NCBI GenBank assembly: GCA_046484865.1
Contig: JAWOID010000059.1
Span: forward strand, 1 to 55,009
Direction: 5' to 3'
DNA length: 55,009 bases
DNA from: Candidatus Krumholzibacteriia bacterium
GTDB taxonomy: Bacteria; Krumholzibacteriota; Krumholzibacteriia; LZORAL124-64-63
In this document: positions 51,331-55,009 of the stretch, piece by piece
Layout: each line of letters opens with the position of its first letter
Position numbering within the stretch: position 1 is the first letter of the stretch
Notes under the pieces: model-generated
What the model was told of the DNA's origin: nothing
Databases searched by the model: none
Seen by the model: only the letters and a program-made list of their open reading frames with translations
Position numbers and translations under genes: made by a program

Positions 51331-52698
51331 TCAGCTCGCGCCGGTCAGCTTCGCCATCTCGTCCAGCAAGCCCGGCAGGGAGGCGGCGATGCAGCCGGCG
51401 TCGTCCAGCGCCAGCGGTCCCCTGGCGATCAGCGCGGCCACGGCCATGGCCATCGCCACGCGGTGGTCGCCCTCGGTCACCACGACGTGCGGCTCGGCGG
51501 AGCCGGTGTGGTTGCCCCGGTAACGGTCGTCGTGCGCATGGGCGCGCAGCGGCGTCGGGCCGTGGATGCGCCACCCGTCCGGACGTTCCTCGATCCGGGC
51601 GCCCAGGCGGATCAGCTCACGGGTGACGGTGGCGATCAGGTCGCATTCCCCCGCCCGCAGCTCGGCCGCGCCCCCGACCACCGTCTCGCCCTCGGCCTGG
51701 GTGGCCAGCACCGCCAGCACCGGCAGCCCGTCCAGCGAGCCGGGCAGCGCATCGGCACGCAAGCGGAAAGCCGGCAGCGGCCGGAAGCGGACGCGGACGT
51801 CGCCCCGCGGTTCGTCCGGCCAGGCGGCGGCGCCCAGGGGCGTCACGAGCAGATCCGCGCCGGCCGCCCGCAGCAGATCCAGGAAGCCGGTGCGGGTGGG
51901 ATTGAGGAGCACGCCGGCCACCGTGAGGTCGGAGCCGGGCACCAGCGCCCCCGCGGCGAGGAGAAAACCGGCCGACGAGGGGTCACCGGGCACCACCAGG
52001 TCGAAGGCGCGCAGCGGTCCGGCCGGACCCTCCACGGCCAGATCGCCGCCGTGGCCGGGATCGGCGACCAGTACCGGCGCTCCCATGCACGCCAGCAGCC
52101 GCTCGGTGTGGTCGCAGCTGCCCTCGGCGCCGTGCACCCGCGTGCGGCCCCGGGCCGCCAGACCGGCGAGCACCAGCGCCGACTTCACGCCCGCCGACGC
52201 CCGCGCGAGCCGGTGCTCGCGACCGCGCAAGGCTCCCCCTCGGATGCGCACGGGCAATGCGCCCTCGCGGTCGAGATGATCGATCCGGGCCCCCATCGCG
52301 CGCAGGGATTCGACCACCGGCGCCATGGGCCGGCGGCGCAACGCGTCGTCGCCGGTGAGCAGCACGTCGCCACGCCGCCCGGCCAGCAACCCCAGCAGCA
52401 GACGGGCCGTCGTGACACTCTTGCCGCAGTCGACGGCCAGGGGCACTCCCGTGTTCGCCCCCTCGGGGAAGATGCCCGGCCACACCGTGAGTGTCCCCTG
52501 GCGCACCTCGCTGCGAGCGCCGAGATCGTGCACGGCCTGGAGACTGTGGCGGGTCTCGTCCGAACGCAGCCAGCCTTCGGCCCGGCACGGCCCCCCCGAC
52601 AGGGGCGCGAGCAGCGCCACCAGATGGGAGATGGCCCGATCCCCGGGGACACGGATCCGACCGCGCAGGGGGTTCTGGACCGCGGTCAACCGGCGCAT
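51331..52698 (-). CDS. Divergent AroA (EPSP synthase)-like protein with altered active site
   Basis: Collinear with class II AroA (LRGRIRVPGD, LRRRPM, DHTER, PGDPSSA, NPTR, GDHRVAM), but several ligand-binding residues are substituted. ATG 52698 after GGAG. Confidence 0.88.
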   Translation of the reverse strand: MRRLTAVQNPLRGRIRVPGDRAISHLVALLAPLSGGPCRAEGWLRSDETRHSLQAVHDLGARSEVRQGTLTVWPGIFPEGANTGVPLAVDCGKSVTTARLLLGLLAGRRGDVLLTGDDALRRRPMAPVVESLRAMGARIDHLDREGALPVRIRGGALRGREHRLARASAGVKSALVLAGLAARGRTRVHGAEGSCDHTERLLACMGAPVLVADPGHGGDLAVEGPAGPLRAFDLVVPGDPSSAGFLLAAGALVPGSDLTVAGVLLNPTRTGFLDLLRAAGADLLVTPLGAAAWPDEPRGDVRVRFRPLPAFRLRADALPGSLDGLPVLAVLATQAEGETVVGGAAELRAGECDLIATVTRELIRLGARIEERPDGWRIHGPTPLRAHAHDDRYRGNHTGSAEPHVVVTEGDHRVAMAMAVAALIARGPLALDDAGCIAASLPGLLDEMAKLTGAS

Positions 52699-52837
52699 CG
52701 CCTGGCTCCGTCGTTGCTGTCTCCGGCAGGCGCCGCCCGGCGCCAGGAGAACGAACCGCCCGCGCGCCGGGCACTCATCTCGCCACAGCATAGTGGAGCT
52801 GACACCGTATCCCCAGTGGCGCACTCGCCGCCGACCG

Positions 52838-52934
52838 CAACGCGCGACGCACGAACACGACGCACGACCCTCGACGCACGACGTACGGCGCACGACGCGC
52901 AACCCGCGACGCACGACCCGCGACGCGCGATGCC
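52838..52934. repeat. Degenerate heptamer tandem array (CGACGCA), about 14 units
   Basis: caacgcg cgacgca cgaa-ca cgacgca cgaccct cgacgca cgacgta cggcgca cgacgcg caacccg cgacgca cgacccg cgacgcg cgatgcc. Confidence 0.85.
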
Positions 52935-53227
52935 GTCCAGGCTTCGCCGGCAATCAGGAGAAGTTCAGGATGATGGGATCGTCTGCGTCCCCCGCCAGCG
53001 ACGGATCCCCGGCCGTCGCGGCCACCACTTCGCAATGCACGACTCGACTCCCGTGAACTCGCTGGGGCTGTCCCTCGCCCTCCAGCGGACTGCTCGCCTC
53101 GAACTTGCGCCCGGGCACCGGCATCGTATCTTGGCCCGACTCCGGACCGAGAGGCCGGCGGGCGGGCCCCAGGGCTGCCGCCGATGCGGTGCCGGGGGCC
53201 GTTCTCCCTCGCATCCACGTGAAGTTT

Positions 53228-54703
53228 ATGAAACCCTGGCCCACGAGCAAGTCGGAAGCGCGCGAATCGGTGGCGGAGCGTCTGCCCCGCGACCGCGGCG
53301 TGGCCGTCTTCCAGGTGCGCCACGGGCGCGAGATCGTGCTCCTGGCGTATCCCACCGTGCTGGCCATGCTCTCGCACACGCTCATGTGGACGGTGGATAC
53401 GGCGCTGCTCGGCCGCGTGAGCAGCCTGGCGCTCGGCGCCGCCGGTCTCGGCGGACTGCTCACCTGGACCGGGTACTCCCTCTTCAACAACCTGTCGCGG
53501 ATCACCGGCACCTTCGTGGCCCAGGCCCACGGCCGCGGCGACGACGAGGCCGTGGCTGCGTTCACCTGGCAGGGCCTCTGGATCGGGCTCGTGTGCGGCG
53601 TGATCCTGCAGATCATGGGCTACTACTCGTACCTGGCTCTGCCGCTGACGGGGCACGACGCCGCCATCCAGGACGCCACCTACACCTACGTGCGCTGGCG
53701 TACGCTCAGCGCCGTGCCCACGCAGGTGAGCTTCGCGCTCATGGGCTACTTCCAGGGACGGCGCGAGGTGCGGATACCGATGTGGGGCGGCATCGCGGGC
53801 AACGTCGTGAACGTCGTCCTCGACGTGTGGCTCATCTTCGGCTGGGCGGGCTTCACGCTTCTCGGCCGCACCTGGCTGGCCATGCCGCCGCTGGGCATCC
53901 TGGGCGCCGCCATCGCGACCACCATCGGCGTGACGGTGAACACCCTCGTGCTGGTCGTCTGGGCGCTGACCGCGCGAGCCGGACGGCGGCGCTATCGCAT
54001 CCACAAGCCGCGGCGCCCGGAGCCCGCCCGCCTGCTGCGCATGCTGCGCGTCGGTGCGCCGGCCGCCTGGGAGAACTTCGTGGACATGAGCAGCTTCTCG
54101 CTGTTCGGCGTGTTCGTGGGCCGCGCCGGCGCGGTGGCGCTGGCGGCCAACCAGATCACCCTGCAGATGCTCAGCTTCAGCTTCATGCCGATGTGGGGCC
54201 TCACGATCGCAGCCACCGTGCTCACCGGCAACAACATCGGCGCCGGCGACGTGCCGCGCGCCGAGCACTACGCTCGCCAGGTGTACAAGCTGGGCGCCTA
54301 CTACGCGCTGCTGCTGGGGCTGCTGCTGGTGCTGCTGCGCGAGCGGATCTTCGCCGTCTTCACGGAGGATCCGGAGGTGCTGGCGCTGGGAGCGTCGCTG
54401 GCGATCGTGGCCGCCGTCTTCCAGTTCTTCGACGGCATGCGCATGGTCTCGATCGGCATCCTGCAGGGCGCGGGCGACACACGCTACCCGATGCTCGCCG
54501 GACTCCTGCTGCTGTGGGGGCTCTTCGTCCCGCTCACCTGGCTGCTGGTGGTGCACTGGTCCGGCGACGTGCGAACCGCCTGGCTGGGCGGCAGCTTCTG
54601 CTACCTGCTGATGGCGGCGGCCATGTACCTCCGCTTCGAGAGCGGTCGCTGGAAGACGGCCGACATCTTCGGCGACCGGCCGACACCGACGGCAACTTCT
54701 TGA
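53228..54703 (+). CDS. MATE family efflux transporter
   Basis: LAYPTVL..VDTALLGR, VAQAHG, YFQGRRE, NVVNVVLD..LIFG, GILGAAIAT, GNNIGAG, GILQGAGDT. About 12 TM. Start uncertain. Confidence 0.92.
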   Translation: MKPWPTSKSEARESVAERLPRDRGVAVFQVRHGREIVLLAYPTVLAMLSHTLMWTVDTALLGRVSSLALGAAGLGGLLTWTGYSLFNNLSRITGTFVAQAHGRGDDEAVAAFTWQGLWIGLVCGVILQIMGYYSYLALPLTGHDAAIQDATYTYVRWRTLSAVPTQVSFALMGYFQGRREVRIPMWGGIAGNVVNVVLDVWLIFGWAGFTLLGRTWLAMPPLGILGAAIATTIGVTVNTLVLVVWALTARAGRRRYRIHKPRRPEPARLLRMLRVGAPAAWENFVDMSSFSLFGVFVGRAGAVALAANQITLQMLSFSFMPMWGLTIAATVLTGNNIGAGDVPRAEHYARQVYKLGAYYALLLGLLLVLLRERIFAVFTEDPEVLALGASLAIVAAVFQFFDGMRMVSIGILQGAGDTRYPMLAGLLLLWGLFVPLTWLLVVHWSGDVRTAWLGGSFCYLLMAAAMYLRFESGRWKTADIFGDRPTPTATS

Positions 54704-54767
54704 ACTCGTCCTTCATCCGCTCGTCCCACGCTTCAGGGCGGCCGCGCAGGTACTTGTCGAACCACTG

Positions 54768-55009
54768 GGTTACTCCACGCAAATTGTTTCCGACCTCCTG
54801 GTCACGATGTCGATCTGCCCCTTCACACCGCGTACTTCAAGTCGTGGCGCCGGTTCACCTTCAGCGCCCGCGTCCTGACCTCCCCCCAGTAGTACTGACG
54901 CCAGCGGCCCTCCAACCCGATCTGAGCCGCGAACAGACGCCGGCAGACCACCTCCCTGACCGTCAACTGCCGGCGACACAATCCGACCAGCATCCCAGGC
55001 GTCTGCCTG
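54768..55009 (-). mobile_element. End of a putative IS1-like insertion sequence (transposase C-terminus 54823-55008, partial)
   Basis: Minus frame ...RQTPGMLVGLCRRQLTVREVVCRRLF...NRRHDLKYAV* resembles the TPAMxxGLxxxxWTxxEL tail of IS1-family transposases. Candidate terminal IR GGTTACTCCACGCAAATTGTTTCC starts at 54768. Confidence 0.5.

Noticed and set aside
52699..52953. N-terminal extension of the AroA-like ORF
   Set aside because: Translation of the heptamer array. ATG 52698 has an SD and matches the AroA N-terminus.

Overview
GC-rich bacterial chromosome segment. The FlgD-type C-terminal domain at 41.7 kb suggests an FCB-related candidate phylum such as Krumholzibacteriota, Eisenbacteria or Latescibacterota; this is an inference only. 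1-12 kb: conserved minus-strand core cluster tRNA-Thr/Tyr/Gly/Thr, tuf, tRNA-Trp, secE, nusG, rplKAJL, rpoB and the 5' part of rpoC. 12-15.4 kb: ispF, ddl, cysS. 15.5-38.6 kb: a surface-polysaccharide locus with 8 glycosyltransferases, Wzx, a Wzy/O-antigen ligase-like protein, two CapK-like adenylate-forming ligases, two LbH acyltransferases, a deacetylase, an asparagine-synthetase-like protein lacking the glutaminase Cys, a prenyltransferase-fold protein and two secreted proteins. 38.8-41.5 kb is the best novelty candidate. Two short paralogous peptides (47 and 52 aa) share a YxxPxL leader-type motif, an invariant LGVFGQYG block and a PIK motif. Each has its own sigma70 promoter and RBS, and together they flank a peptidase-less ABC exporter, which resembles an undescribed RiPP-like or signalling-peptide module. 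The first peptide is missing from the ORF track. Further right are a beta-helix secreted protein, hemLBC, an OmpA protein with TSP3 repeats, tyrS, an AroA paralog with many substrate-binding residues replaced, a MATE transporter and the 3' end of an IS1-like transposase.
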